The notes under the pieces: generated by a model
What the model saw: the letters and a program-made list of their open reading frames with translations, nothing else
Databases searched by the model: none
Told to the model about the DNA's origin: nothing
Made by a program: the position numbers and the translations under genes
From: Woeseiaceae bacterium
Lineage (GTDB): Bacteria > Pseudomonadota > Gammaproteobacteria > Steroidobacterales > Woeseiaceae
Length of the DNA: 64,000 nucleotides
Direction: 5' to 3'
Assembly (NCBI GenBank): GCA_030066735.1
Contig: JASJBB010000008.1
Span: 826-64,825 of the forward strand
Part shown: positions 1-9,761 of the stretch, in pieces
Position numbering within the stretch: the first letter of the stretch is position 1
Layout: the number at the start of each line of letters is the position of its first letter

Positions 1-291
1 TGCGTCGCCGAGTTGTTCCGGCAGGTACTCTTCCAGGACCTCGATCTCGGCCAGCTCGATGTCGGCAAGGTCGTCGCGGCCGCCTTTCTGGAACTGCTCG
101 ACCGAGTCGCGCCGCTGCTTGACCATTTTCTCGAGCACGCCGAGCACGGCCGCATCGTCGAGTTCGACGCGCTTGTCTACTTCCACCTGCTTGATGGCAG
201 CCAGGATCAGGCGCACCACTTTCAGCCGGTCCTTGTCACCGGCCTTCATGGCGGACTTCATGTCATCGCTGATTCGAGCTTTGAGGGACAT
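1..291 (-). CDS. GatB/YqeY domain protein, 5' part only (3' end lies beyond the window edge)
   Basis: Manual reverse translation from the ATG at 291-289 gives MSLKARISDDMKSAMKAGDKDRLKVVRLILAAIKQVEVDKR..., typical of YqeY-like proteins. It lies immediately downstream of rpsU, as in the conserved rpsU-yqeY-dnaG arrangement. It is not in the supplied ORF track because it is truncated. Confidence 0.7.
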   Translation of the reverse strand, partial: MSLKARISDDMKSAMKAGDKDRLKVVRLILAAIKQVEVDKRVELDDAAVLGVLEKMVKQRRDSVEQFQKGGRDDLADIELAEIEVLEEYLPEQLGDA

Positions 292-325
292 GGCTGGCTC
301 CGCTGCAACGGAGCGGGGCGGTACT

Positions 326-541
326 TCAGTACAGGCGCTTGCGCTTTGACTCTTCGCGAGACAGGCGCTTCATGTGCCGCTTTACGGCAGCAGCCTTCTT
401 GCGCTTGCGCTCCTGCGTCGGCTTTTCGTAGTACTCCCGACGGCGCAACTCCGTCAGGATGCCGGCCTTTTCACAGGCACGCTTGAAGCGACGCAGGGCT
501 GCATCGAAGTACTCGTTTTCTTTTACGCGAACACTGGGCAT
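326..541 (-). CDS. rpsU: 30S ribosomal protein S21
   Basis: The 71-aa product [29 protein letters not shown]...[12 protein letters not shown] is a clear bS21 sequence. Confidence 0.95.
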   Translation of the reverse strand: MPSVRVKENEYFDAALRRFKRACEKAGILTELRRREYYEKPTQERKRKKAAAVKRHMKRLSREESKRKRLY

Positions 542-677
542 ACGATAGGGATTCCGAACATAAATAAACCCGGCGCGAGGCCGGGACTCAGCCGCCTATT
601 ATAACGACACCGAAACCGCAAATCCAACCCCTGCGGGAGCCCGCGCCGGCGGGGGATTGCGGTATCATCCGCCGCCT

Positions 678-1694
678 ATGAACGTTCTGGGCATCGAAAC
701 GAGCTGCGACGAGACCGGCGTCGCGGTCTACAGCACCGAATCCGGCCTGGTCGCGGACGCGCTCCACAGCCAGGTGGACCTGCACGCGGTCTACGGCGGG
801 GTCGTGCCGGAGATCGCCTCTCGCGACCACATCCGCAGGCTGCTGCCGCTCGTGCAGCAGGTGCTCACCGATGCCGGGATAGAACAACCTGACGCAATTG
901 CCTATACCGCGGGTCCCGGGCTGGCCGGGGCGCTGATGGTCGGTAGCGGCCTCGCCAACGGACTCGGCCTGGCCTGGGACTGCCCGGTCATCCCGGTGCA
1001 CCACATGGAGGGGCACCTGCTGGCGCCGATGCTCGAAGACGAGCCGCCGGAATTCCCGTTCCTGGCGCTGCTGGTGTCGGGCGGCCATTCCATGCTGATT
1101 GCGGTATCCGGGCTGGGCGAGTACGAGTTGCTGGGCACGACGCTCGATGACGCCGTCGGCGAGGCGTTCGACAAATCGGCCAAGCTGCTCGGGCTGGGTT
1201 ATCCGGGCGGGCCCGCGCTGGCTGCGCTGGCCGAGGACGGCGATGACAACGCCTACGCATTCCCGCGGCCGATGCTGAACCGGCCGGGTTTCGATTTCAG
1301 TTTCAGCGGCCTCAAAACCGCGGTGATGCTCGAAGTGCGCAAGGCCGAGCAGGCTGGCGAGCTCGAGGCACGCAAAGCCGACCTCGCGGCTTCGTTCCAG
1401 CGTGCGGCTGTCGATACGCTGGTCGGCCGGACGTTGCAGGCTGCGAAGCACGAGGGGCTCGAGCGTATCGTCATCGCCGGCGGCGTCGGCGCGAACAGGT
1501 TGTTGCGAGCCGAGATGAAGGCCCGTTTCACCGGGCAGGTCTACTATCCACGAATGGCCTACTGCACCGACAATGGCGCCATGATCGCGGTCGCCGGCGC
1601 GTTGCGGCTCAATGACGCCCGGCAGGCCGACGAGATTCGCGCCACGGCGCGCTGGGCCCTGGACACACTGGCCAGGCCGGCAGCGGCCGGCTGA
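678..1694 (+). CDS. tsaD: tRNA N6-adenosine threonylcarbamoyltransferase TsaD
   Basis: [18 protein letters not shown]..., HHMEGHL and SGGHS are Kae1/TsaD motifs. Start trimmed to the internal Met (MNVLGIE) of ORF 657..1694. Divergent from rpsU, as is usual. Confidence 0.92.
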   Translation: MNVLGIETSCDETGVAVYSTESGLVADALHSQVDLHAVYGGVVPEIASRDHIRRLLPLVQQVLTDAGIEQPDAIAYTAGPGLAGALMVGSGLANGLGLAWDCPVIPVHHMEGHLLAPMLEDEPPEFPFLALLVSGGHSMLIAVSGLGEYELLGTTLDDAVGEAFDKSAKLLGLGYPGGPALAALAEDGDDNAYAFPRPMLNRPGFDFSFSGLKTAVMLEVRKAEQAGELEARKADLAASFQRAAVDTLVGRTLQAAKHEGLERIVIAGGVGANRLLRAEMKARFTGQVYYPRMAYCTDNGAMIAVAGALRLNDARQADEIRATARWALDTLARPAAAG

Positions 1695-1704
1695 CGGGAG
1701 CCAC

Positions 1705-2070
1705 ATGGACATCATCTTCCTGCACGACCTGCGCATCGAGACCGTGATCGGTCTCTGGGAATGGGAACGCAAGATTCGCCAGACGGTGGCGATCGATATC
1801 GAGATGTCGGCCGACATACGCAAGGCTGCCGAGACCGACAGCGTCGATGACACGCTGAATTACAAGGCCGTCGCCAAGCGCCTGCAAGAGTACGTGGGCG
1901 AGTCGAGCTTCCAGCTGGTTGAGACGCTGGCCGAGAAGATCGCCGGTATCGTGACTGACGAGTTCGGCGTGGCCTGGGTCAGGGTCAAGGTGAACAAGCC
2001 CGGCGCGATCCGCGGCGCGCGCGATGCTGGCGTGATCATCGAACGCGGTACGCGCCCCGTGGCGGAGTGA
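1705..2070 (+). CDS. folB: dihydroneopterin aldolase
   Basis: MDIIFLHDLRIETVIGLWEWERKIRQTVAIDIEM...DTLNYKAV is FolB-like. Start trimmed to the ATG at 1705 within ORF 1612..2070. Confidence 0.88.
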   Translation: MDIIFLHDLRIETVIGLWEWERKIRQTVAIDIEMSADIRKAAETDSVDDTLNYKAVAKRLQEYVGESSFQLVETLAEKIAGIVTDEFGVAWVRVKVNKPGAIRGARDAGVIIERGTRPVAE

Positions 2071-2564
2071 CGCGAATGGCGACGGTCTATGTCGGGCTCG
2101 GCAGCAATATCGACCCCGACAATAACCTGCGACTCGGCATCAGCGAACTGCAGCGTCTGTATGGCGACGTCGTGGTGTCCAACGTTTACCGCAACGCGGC
2201 GGTCGGCTTCGAGGGCGCGGATTTCCTGAACCTGGTCGCGGGCTTCGGCGCGGACGACGCGCCCCTCGAGATTGCCCGGCGGATCGAGCAGATTCACGAC
2301 CTGGCCGGGCGCGAGCGTGGCGACGACCGGTTTGCGTCCCGGGCGCTGGATATCGATCTGTTGCTGTATGACGACCTCGTCGTCGACGATCCGCCGCTCC
2401 AGCTGCCCCGGTCCGACGTGCTCGAGTACAGCTTCGTGCTCGGGCCGCTCGCCGAAATCGCGCCCGACCTGGTGCACCCGGTCACGGGCCGCACGATCGG
2501 CCAGCACTGGCAGGAATGTGACACAGGGCGGCACCCCCTGACGTTGGTTGACGGTATCCTGTAA
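2067..2564 (+). CDS. folK: 2-amino-4-hydroxy-6-hydroxymethyldihydropteridine diphosphokinase (HPPK)
   Basis: VYVGLGSNIDP...RALDIDLLLYDD...LPRSDVLEYSFVLGPLAEIAP is the HPPK signature. A 4-nt overlap with folB suggests translational coupling. Confidence 0.88.
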   Translation: MTRMATVYVGLGSNIDPDNNLRLGISELQRLYGDVVVSNVYRNAAVGFEGADFLNLVAGFGADDAPLEIARRIEQIHDLAGRERGDDRFASRALDIDLLLYDDLVVDDPPLQLPRSDVLEYSFVLGPLAEIAPDLVHPVTGRTIGQHWQECDTGRHPLTLVDGIL

Positions 2565-2584
2565 GGCGGAAAACGGGAGATTCC

Positions 2585-3889
2585 ATGCGCATCCTGATCA
2601 GCCTTGCCCTGGCGTTCACGCTCTCGGCCTGCGAGTGGTCCAGCAGCGACGGCAACGAGGGTTACACCTGTTCCAACCGTGACCAGAAACGGTTCGTGCG
2701 TGACGCGGCCGACTACTGGTACCTCTGGAACGACCTGTTGCCGAAAAAGACCAAGGTCTCGAAGTTCGATACGCCTGTCGACCTGCTCGATGACCTGACT
2801 TCGGTCCAGCCGCTGGATACCTTCAGTTACCTGACGTCGGCGGTCGCGGATGCCGCATTCTTCGGCGCAGGTCAGTACGAAGGCTTCGGCTTCAGCCGCA
2901 AGTTCCTCGCGAGCGACGATGTCCGTCTGACGCGGGTATTCACCGGCAGCCCGGCCGAGGCGGCGGGCTTCGCGCGGGGCCAGCGCATCGTCGCGCTCGA
3001 TGGCCGTTCCATCGCCGACATCGAGGCGGCCGAGGGCATCGACGCGGTCCTGGACGGGGCCACGGTCGAATTCACCCTGCGTGAGATTGACGGCGTCACG
3101 GAGTTCACGGTAGAGGTCACGCAGGACATCGTAACGATCGACCCGCTGCCGCAGACGCAGCTCATCCCGACCCAGGCGGGCCCTCCCGTCGGCTACCTCG
3201 AACTGGCGGCGTTCATCAATACGGCGAACGCGCCACTGGAGACGGCTTTTGCCGACTTCCAGGCCAATGGCGTAACCGATCTCATCGTCGATCTGCGTTA
3301 CAACTCGGGCGGACTCGTTGCGACGGCCGACCTGTTCGCCAACCTGCTCGGCGGTGCAGTCGCCGAGAACCTGACGTTCACGCGCACGCTTTACAACCCC
3401 GACCGGTCCGAGGATTTCGATACCGAGACATTCTTCGAGTTGCTGGCCAACTCGATCAACCTGTCGCGGCTCGTCGTGATCACGACGGCGTCGACGGCGT
3501 CGGCCAGCGAGATCATCATCAACGGCATGGAACCGCACGTCGAGGTCACGGTGGTCGGGGACCAGACGTTCGGCAAGCCGGTCGGTCAGATCGGCCTCGT
3601 TTTCTGCGGCGCTGCGCTGCGGCTGACTGCCTTTGAGACCGTCAATGCCAATAACGTTGGCGGCTATTTCGGCGGCCTGCCGGCCGATTGTCCCGTGGCG
3701 GACGACCTCGATGTGCCGGTCGGGGACGCCGGCGACCCGAACGTGGTTGCAGCCCTCGGCTACCTCGAGACCGGCGCCTGCCCGGCAGCGCCCGCCATGC
3801 GGTTGCAGCCGGGTGCAGAGCCCGAGCCCCCGTTACGGCCGGCGGATCTCCGCGGCCCGGCGTGGCGTGAGTTTGCCGGCGCGTACTGA
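2585..3889 (+). CDS. S41-family (C-terminal processing type) peptidase, probable lipoprotein
   Basis: N-terminal signal peptide with lipobox-like LSAC; PDZ-like region (GSPAEAAGFARGQRIVALDG); S41 Ser/Lys motifs TASTASASEII and TFGKPVG. Confidence 0.78.
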   Translation: MRILISLALAFTLSACEWSSSDGNEGYTCSNRDQKRFVRDAADYWYLWNDLLPKKTKVSKFDTPVDLLDDLTSVQPLDTFSYLTSAVADAAFFGAGQYEGFGFSRKFLASDDVRLTRVFTGSPAEAAGFARGQRIVALDGRSIADIEAAEGIDAVLDGATVEFTLREIDGVTEFTVEVTQDIVTIDPLPQTQLIPTQAGPPVGYLELAAFINTANAPLETAFADFQANGVTDLIVDLRYNSGGLVATADLFANLLGGAVAENLTFTRTLYNPDRSEDFDTETFFELLANSINLSRLVVITTASTASASEIIINGMEPHVEVTVVGDQTFGKPVGQIGLVFCGAALRLTAFETVNANNVGGYFGGLPADCPVADDLDVPVGDAGDPNVVAALGYLETGACPAAPAMRLQPGAEPEPPLRPADLRGPAWREFAGAY

Positions 3890-4642
3890 CTACCAGCCGA
3901 TCGAACGGCCGCCGTCGATGGCGATGACCTGGCCCGTCACGTAAGTCGCATCGCGAACGAGAAACAGCACGGCCCCCGCTATGTCGGCGGGGTCGCCCGG
4001 GCGCGCGAGCGGCACCTGCTTCAGGATTGCCGCCCGGGTGTCTTCGGGCATGTCGTTTTCAGGCCACAGGATCGCACCCGGCGACACGCCGTTGACGCGC
4101 ACGTCCGGCGCGAGATCCTTGGCCAGCGACCGGGTCAGCATGGCGAGGCCGGCCTTGGCGGGCCCGTAGACCGGATGGTCGCGCAACGGATGCGTCGAAT
4201 GGACGTCGACGATGTTGACGATGACGCCGCCGGCCGCGCGCAGCGCGGGCAACGCAGCCTGGGACAGGAACAGCGGCGCCTTCAGATTGGTGCCGACGAG
4301 GTCGTTCCACTGTGCCTCGGTGATCGTACCCGCCGGTGTCGGGTAAAAGCTCGACGCATTGTTGACCAGCACGTCCAGCCGGTTGCGCCAGCCGGTCACC
4401 TGCGCCGCGAGCTGCTCGATGGCGGCAACGTCGGTCAGGTCGGCGGCAAATGCCGCGGCGGAATCGGCGCGCGCCGCGTTGAACTCCTCGACCAGCGCGC
4501 CCGCCTCGTCGGCCGAGCCGCGGTAATGGATCGCCACGTCAGCGCCGTGCGAGTGCAGCGTGCGCGCGATGACTGCGCCAATGCGGCGAGCGGCGCCCGT
4601 GACGAGCGCGACCTTGTTGTTGAGCGTTTCAGGATCAGACAT
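3890..4642 (-). CDS. short-chain dehydrogenase, pteridine reductase (FolM/PTR1-like)
   Basis: VALVTGAARRIG nucleotide-binding motif typical of pteridine reductases; YGPAK catalytic YxxxK; folate-gene neighbourhood. Confidence 0.75.
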   Translation of the reverse strand: MSDPETLNNKVALVTGAARRIGAVIARTLHSHGADVAIHYRGSADEAGALVEEFNAARADSAAAFAADLTDVAAIEQLAAQVTGWRNRLDVLVNNASSFYPTPAGTITEAQWNDLVGTNLKAPLFLSQAALPALRAAGGVIVNIVDVHSTHPLRDHPVYGPAKAGLAMLTRSLAKDLAPDVRVNGVSPGAILWPENDMPEDTRAAILKQVPLARPGDPADIAGAVLFLVRDATYVTGQVIAIDGGRSIGW

Positions 4643-4682
4643 CGAGCAACCCGGTTCCGATTCGCGTTATAAAGGGCGCATT

Positions 4683-5873
4683 ATGCATGACCCGCGAACA
4701 CTCGCGCTGCCCGAGCCAGACCCGGACAGCCTCGGCCACAGCAAGGCCGTGGCCGCTTATGTCCGCGAGCGTATTGCCGGGGCGGGCGGCAGCATCAGCT
4801 TCGCCGAATACATGCATCTGTGTCTCTACGCACCCGCGCTGGGCTACTACGCCGCCGGCGCGACCAAGTTCGGGCAGGCCGGTGACTTCGTCACGGCGCC
4901 CGAGGTATCGGCGCTCTTCGGCCGCACCCTGGCCCGGCAGAGCGCCGGGATACTCGCACAGCTCGATTCGCCGGCGATACTCGAAATCGGGGCCGGCAGC
5001 GGCAAGCTCGCGGCAGACATTCTCGAGGCGCTGGCGGCAGCCGACACATTGCCGGCCGGCGGGTATTGCATTCTCGAAGTTTCGCCCGACCTGCAGCAGC
5101 GGCAGAGGAACCTGCTCGCGGAGCGCGTGCCCGACCTCATCGACTCGGTGCGCTGGCTCAACGCCATGCCGGCCGGATTCACAGGCGTCGTTATCGCCAA
5201 TGAGCTACTGGACGCGTTGCCGGTCGAGCGATTCGTCCGGCGTGCCGGCGGCATACGGCAGGTTGGCGTGGCGAGTCACGCAGAGGCGTTCCGGTTAGTC
5301 GAGCGAGATGCCCCCGACAAGCTCGTACAGGCCGTCGAGCACATCGAGGCCACGATCGGCGAGCCGTTGCCGGACGGTTACGCGTCCGACGTTTGCCTGG
5401 CGGTGCGCCCCTGGGTTGCGGATCTCGCAGACTCCCTGGCGACGGGAGTCGCTTTCCTGTTCGATTACGGCGTCGGCCGGCGGGAGTACTATGCGCCGGA
5501 CCGTTCAGGAGGCTGGTTGCGCTGCCACTTCCGGCACCACGCCCACGATGACCCGCTGATCCTGCAAGGCATCCAGGACCTGACGTCCTGGGTCGACTTC
5601 ACCGCCGTCGCCGAGTCCGCCGTCGATAACGGCCTCGAGATTGCCGGGTTCACGAGCCAGGCGCAGTTCCTGGTGGGCGCGGGCCTCGAGGAGGCGCTGG
5701 CGGATTTCGCCAGAATGCCGACCGCCGCACAACTTCGATTGTCTGCCGAGATTAAACTGCTTACCCTTCCCACCGAGATGGGGGAAAACTTCAAGTGCCT
5801 CGGGTTGATGCGGGGCGCATTCGAGCCGCCCGCTGCATTCGGGCGCGCAGACCGTACCGCCACGCTGGGCTGA
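4683..5873 (+). CDS. class I SAM-dependent methyltransferase, MidA/NDUFAF7 (DUF185) family
   Basis: ISFAEYMHLCLYAPALGYYAAG...FGQAGDFVTAPEVSALFG is characteristic of the MidA family. Start trimmed to the ATG at 4683 (MHDPRTL) within ORF 4560..5873. Confidence 0.78.
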   Translation: MHDPRTLALPEPDPDSLGHSKAVAAYVRERIAGAGGSISFAEYMHLCLYAPALGYYAAGATKFGQAGDFVTAPEVSALFGRTLARQSAGILAQLDSPAILEIGAGSGKLAADILEALAAADTLPAGGYCILEVSPDLQQRQRNLLAERVPDLIDSVRWLNAMPAGFTGVVIANELLDALPVERFVRRAGGIRQVGVASHAEAFRLVERDAPDKLVQAVEHIEATIGEPLPDGYASDVCLAVRPWVADLADSLATGVAFLFDYGVGRREYYAPDRSGGWLRCHFRHHAHDDPLILQGIQDLTSWVDFTAVAESAVDNGLEIAGFTSQAQFLVGAGLEEALADFARMPTAAQLRLSAEIKLLTLPTEMGENFKCLGLMRGAFEPPAAFGRADRTATLG

Positions 5874-5876
5874 CAC

Positions 5877-6674
5877 ATGACGAACCTGCAGGTCATCATC
5901 CTCGCCGTCGTGCAGGGATTAACCGAGTTCCTGCCGATATCGAGCTCCGGTCACCTGGTGCTGGTGCCGTATTTCTTTGACTGGCAGGACCAGGGCCTGG
6001 CCTTCGACGTCGCCGTGCACTTCGGTTCGCTGCTGGCCGTGATCCTGTTCTTCCGCAAGGACATCGCGGGCCTCATTCGCGGCGGCTTCCAGGTGCTGGG
6101 CGGAAACGTGTCGACGATCGAGTCGCGCCTGGCGCTCGGCATCGCGCTCGGCACCATTCCCGCCGCGCTGGCGGGACTGCTGCTCGTCGACTGGATCGAA
6201 GCCAACCTGCGCAGCCCCACGGTGATTGTGGCCACGCTGTCCGGATACGCGGTGCTCATGATCCTGGCCGATCGTTTCGGCAAGCGGGAACGCGATATCT
6301 CGGACATGCGCATCAGCGACGCGTTCCTGATTGGCGTCGCCCAGGCGCTGGCGCTGGTGCCGGGAACGTCGCGATCGGGCGTCACCATCACCGCAGGACG
6401 GTTCCTCGGTTTCGAGCGCCAGGACGCCGCGCGATTCTCGTTTCTGCTGGCCGTGCCCGTCATCCTGCTGGCGACCGGATATTCGCTCATCGGGCTCCTG
6501 CAGCAGGAAACGCCGGTGCCGTGGGGTCAGCTGGGTATCGGGGTCGTCGTCTCGGCGATCGTCGCCTATCTCAGCATCGAGTTCTTCATGCGTTTCGTCA
6601 GCCGGATCGGCCTGTTGCCGTTCGCAATCTACCGACTCGCACTGGCGGGGATCATCGTCTATGTGCTGGTCTAG
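5877..6674 (+). CDS. uppP: undecaprenyl-diphosphate phosphatase
   Basis: VVQGLTEFLPISSSGHL and PGTSRSGVTI are UppP/BacA motifs; the protein is polytopic membrane. Confidence 0.93.
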   Translation: MTNLQVIILAVVQGLTEFLPISSSGHLVLVPYFFDWQDQGLAFDVAVHFGSLLAVILFFRKDIAGLIRGGFQVLGGNVSTIESRLALGIALGTIPAALAGLLLVDWIEANLRSPTVIVATLSGYAVLMILADRFGKRERDISDMRISDAFLIGVAQALALVPGTSRSGVTITAGRFLGFERQDAARFSFLLAVPVILLATGYSLIGLLQQETPVPWGQLGIGVVVSAIVAYLSIEFFMRFVSRIGLLPFAIYRLALAGIIVYVLV

Positions 6675-7494
6675 GCTCATTCCGCTATTGCTGTTCAGCA
6701 ATGCCGCGTGCGCGCTGGAGGGATTCATGATCGGCGCCGGGGGCGAGGGCGATAGCGACGATGGCCTGAGCCTCGCCGTGGTCGGCGGCGTCGGGTTGAC
6801 CGAGGACACCTGGCTGTCCGGTGCGGTCGCACGAAGCGAAGTCGACCTCGTCAGCGGCCGCAAGCTGGAAACCGAGTACGCCGATATCGAACTCGACCAT
6901 TACTTCGACCCGATCGGCGTGCGCGTGGGTGCCGCCTACTGGGGCGACTCCGATGTACTGACGTCGAACGACTGGCGCGCGTCGGGCTACTTTCGCAATG
7001 ACCGCGTCACGCTGTCCCTCGACTACGAGTTCCGCGATTTCGAATTCATCATCCCGAGCACGGACTTTGCGACGAGCCGGCAGGTGCTCTTTGACGCCGA
7101 CGGGATCGGTGTCTCGGCGCGCATCAAGACCAGCAAGTCGACGAACCTGCGCTTGCGTGGCATCAAGTACGACTACAGCATACCGTTTCGGCCAGTGGAA
7201 AACGCCGACGCGGCGCGACTGCTGTCCGTCTCCCGCCTGAGCCTGATCAATTCGCTCGTCGACCACCGCGCCAGCCTGTCACTGGGCATCGAAAGCGGCA
7301 AAACGGTCTGGGACATCGACCTGACGACGTGGGAAGGGGCGATCAGTGGATCGCGCACGAAGTCGCTGACCGTGCGGTTCCTGGTGCCGTTGTCGCAGAG
7401 TACGGATATCGAGCTGGGGATCGGCTACGACGACTCCGAACTTTACGGCGACGTGACGTTTTTCTCGCTGTACCTGTTTTTCTACGGCGACTAG
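6661..7494 (+). CDS. hypothetical secreted protein, possible outer-membrane beta-barrel
   Basis: The in-frame Met at 6661 gives a signal-like N-terminus, [18 protein letters not shown]. The rest shows alternating hydrophobic/polar strand-like patterns and many aromatic residues. I recognise no family. The upstream part of ORF 6331..7494 overlaps uppP and is discarded. Confidence 0.45.
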   Translation: MCWSRLIPLLLFSNAACALEGFMIGAGGEGDSDDGLSLAVVGGVGLTEDTWLSGAVARSEVDLVSGRKLETEYADIELDHYFDPIGVRVGAAYWGDSDVLTSNDWRASGYFRNDRVTLSLDYEFRDFEFIIPSTDFATSRQVLFDADGIGVSARIKTSKSTNLRLRGIKYDYSIPFRPVENADAARLLSVSRLSLINSLVDHRASLSLGIESGKTVWDIDLTTWEGAISGSRTKSLTVRFLVPLSQSTDIELGIGYDDSELYGDVTFFSLYLFFYGD

Positions 7495-8711
7495 GCTCGC
7501 TCGCGAACTTCGCTCACCGCGGCGACGCGCGCCCTGCGAATCGCTTGCGGAATTTTCTTCTTGTCGTGGTCGGCTGCCACGCGGCCGGCGTCTACCGCGG
7601 CGGCGGCCGCAAACGCCGCGCGCAGGTGAGTCGCCTGGCCATAGTCGCGATGCTCGAAACCGGTCCTGCCGCGGGCGTCGGCCTCGCAGGCGGTGAGGAA
7701 TTGCTCGAAACGCTCGGGGCGTCGAAACGCATCCGTTTTCTCGAACAGCTTGACGACCGTGTCGTGGCGCAGTTCGAAGGCCCGATGGCAATGGGTGTGA
7801 TACTCGGCCACCAGCGAGCCCAGGTCGCGGCACGCTCGCGGCAACGGCATGCGGTCATTGATGGCGTTGATCAGTTTCCGTCCACGGCGCTCGTGCCCGG
7901 GATGTGACGGCAGGTCGGACAGTCGCGTCGTCCCCTTGCCGAGATCGTGGACGAGCGCCGCAAACCGCACCTCGGGGGCATCGCTGAGCCTGGCCGACTG
8001 CTCGAGCACCATCATTGTGTGCAGACCGGTATCGACCTCCGGGTGCCACTGGAACGGCTGCGGTACACCGAACAGCGCGTCGACCTCGGGAAACACGACC
8101 CGCAGGGCGCCGCACGACCGCAGCGCCTCGAAATACAAGTGCGGACTCGGGCCCGCGAGGGCGGCCCCGGTTTCCTTCCAGACGCGGTCGGGCACCAGCG
8201 CGTCGGCCTCGCCGCCCGCGACCATCGCCCGCATCAGGTCCCGGGTGTCGGGGGCAATCCGAAAGCCCAGGTGGGCCAGGCGCGCCGCAAACCTGGCCGC
8301 CCGCAGTATGCGCACCGGGTCCTCGGCGAAGGCGTCGGAGACGTGTCGCAACAGGCGCTTCTCGAGGTCGCGCTTGCCGTCGAACGGATCGATGAGCTGG
8401 CCTTGGTCATCGACGGCGAGCGCATTGATCGTCAGGTCGCGGCGGCCCAGGTCCTCCTCGATCGTCACGTCCGGGGAGGTGTCGAACTCGAAGCCGTGGT
8501 AGCCGGCCGCCGTCTTGCGTTCGGTCCGCGCGAGGGCGTACTCCTCGCCCGTCTCCGGGTGCAGAAATACCGGAAAGTCCTTGCCGACCTGCTTGTATCC
8601 CGCATCGATCAGATCCGACGGCGCGGCGCCCACGACGCACCAGTCCCGCTCCCGGACGGGGAGACCGAGCCGCTCGTCACGAACGGCGCCACCGACGAGG
8701 TACACTTGCAT
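7491..8711 (-). CDS. cca: multifunctional CCA-adding tRNA nucleotidyltransferase with HD domain
   Basis: [18 protein letters not shown]...; C-terminal HD region (ALVHDLGK). Confidence 0.92.
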   Translation of the reverse strand: MQVYLVGGAVRDERLGLPVRERDWCVVGAAPSDLIDAGYKQVGKDFPVFLHPETGEEYALARTERKTAAGYHGFEFDTSPDVTIEEDLGRRDLTINALAVDDQGQLIDPFDGKRDLEKRLLRHVSDAFAEDPVRILRAARFAARLAHLGFRIAPDTRDLMRAMVAGGEADALVPDRVWKETGAALAGPSPHLYFEALRSCGALRVVFPEVDALFGVPQPFQWHPEVDTGLHTMMVLEQSARLSDAPEVRFAALVHDLGKGTTRLSDLPSHPGHERRGRKLINAINDRMPLPRACRDLGSLVAEYHTHCHRAFELRHDTVVKLFEKTDAFRRPERFEQFLTACEADARGRTGFEHRDYGQATHLRAAFAAAAAVDAGRVAADHDKKKIPQAIRRARVAAVSEVRERA

Positions 8712-8747
8712 CGGCCGATTCTAGCACCGGGGACACAGCGGGTTGTG

Positions 8748-9761
8748 ATGCCGCACCAGCGCAGCAGCAGGGCAGTTGTACTCATTGCCGTCGTCTTGTC
8801 GCAGTCGGCCTGCTACTACGCCCAGGCAGCCCGCGGCCAGTACGACGTGCTGCGCCGCAGCGAACCCATCGATGAGGTGCTCGCTGCAGACAGCACCCCG
8901 GACGAGCTGGCCCGGCAACTGGCGCTGGTACAGGAGGCGCGGCAATTCGCAGTCGACGAATTGCTGCTGCCCGACAACGACAGCTACCGGAGCTACGCGG
9001 ATCTCGGGCGCGACTACGTGGTCTGGAACGTGTTTGCGGCGCCCGAATTCTCGTTGCAGGCGCGGACATGGTGTTTTCCCGTGGCCGGCTGTGTCGCCTA
9101 CCGCGGGTACTTTGATGAGCAGGATGCGCGGCGCAAGGCGGCACAGCTGCAAGACGCCGGTTTCGACGTCGCGGTCGGCGGCGTCCCGGCCTACTCGACG
9201 CTGGGCCGGTTTGACGACCCCGTGCTCAACACGATGCTGCACTGGCAGGATACGGATCTCGTGGCCACGATCTTCCACGAGCTGGCGCACCAGGTCCTCT
9301 ATATCAAGGACGACACGGCATTCAACGAGTCGTTTGCCACGGCCGTGGCCGACATCGGCCTCGAGCGCTGGCTGCGCCGCCAGGGCGAGAGCAGTGAGTT
9401 CGACGCCTACCAGGAGCGTCGCCGCCTGCGCGAGGAACTGGTGGCGATCATCCGCGATGCCAGCGCGGAACTGGAGGCGCTGTACGACTCGCCAGTGGAC
9501 GAGGACACGATGCGCGCGGCCAAGGACGCTCGACTCCGGCGGCTTGCCGATGACCTGCAGGCGAAGCTGGCCGCGTCCGGGGTGGACTCACCAGGCTGGC
9601 CTGGCGGCCCGCTGAACAATGCGCGGATCGCATCGATCGGCCTCTACGAGCTGGATCTCGGCAGGTTTCGCGCGCTGTATGAAGAGTGTGGCCGTGAGCT
9701 GGAGTGTTTCTACGACCGCGCTAGTTCCTTGCGACTTTCTGAGTCTTCGAGTCGGCGCTGA
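8748..9761 (+). CDS. putative zinc aminopeptidase (PF10023-type 'aminopeptidase' family), exported
   Basis: HELAH zinc motif (ATIFHELAHQ); N-terminal hydrophobic segment ending SQSAC. Start trimmed to the ATG at 8748; the upstream part of ORF 7947..9761 is antisense to cca. Confidence 0.7.
   Translation: MPHQRSSRAVVLIAVVLSQSACYYAQAARGQYDVLRRSEPIDEVLAADSTPDELARQLALVQEARQFAVDELLLPDNDSYRSYADLGRDYVVWNVFAAPEFSLQARTWCFPVAGCVAYRGYFDEQDARRKAAQLQDAGFDVAVGGVPAYSTLGRFDDPVLNTMLHWQDTDLVATIFHELAHQVLYIKDDTAFNESFATAVADIGLERWLRRQGESSEFDAYQERRRLREELVAIIRDASAELEALYDSPVDEDTMRAAKDARLRRLADDLQAKLAASGVDSPGWPGGPLNNARIASIGLYELDLGRFRALYEECGRELECFYDRASSLRLSESSSRR

Noticed and set aside
7947-8747. Long N-terminal extension of the aminopeptidase-like ORF, giving 604 aa in total.
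   Set aside because: The extension is antisense to cca and compositionally shadow-like. The conserved protein begins with a signal-like segment at the Met encoded at 8748.
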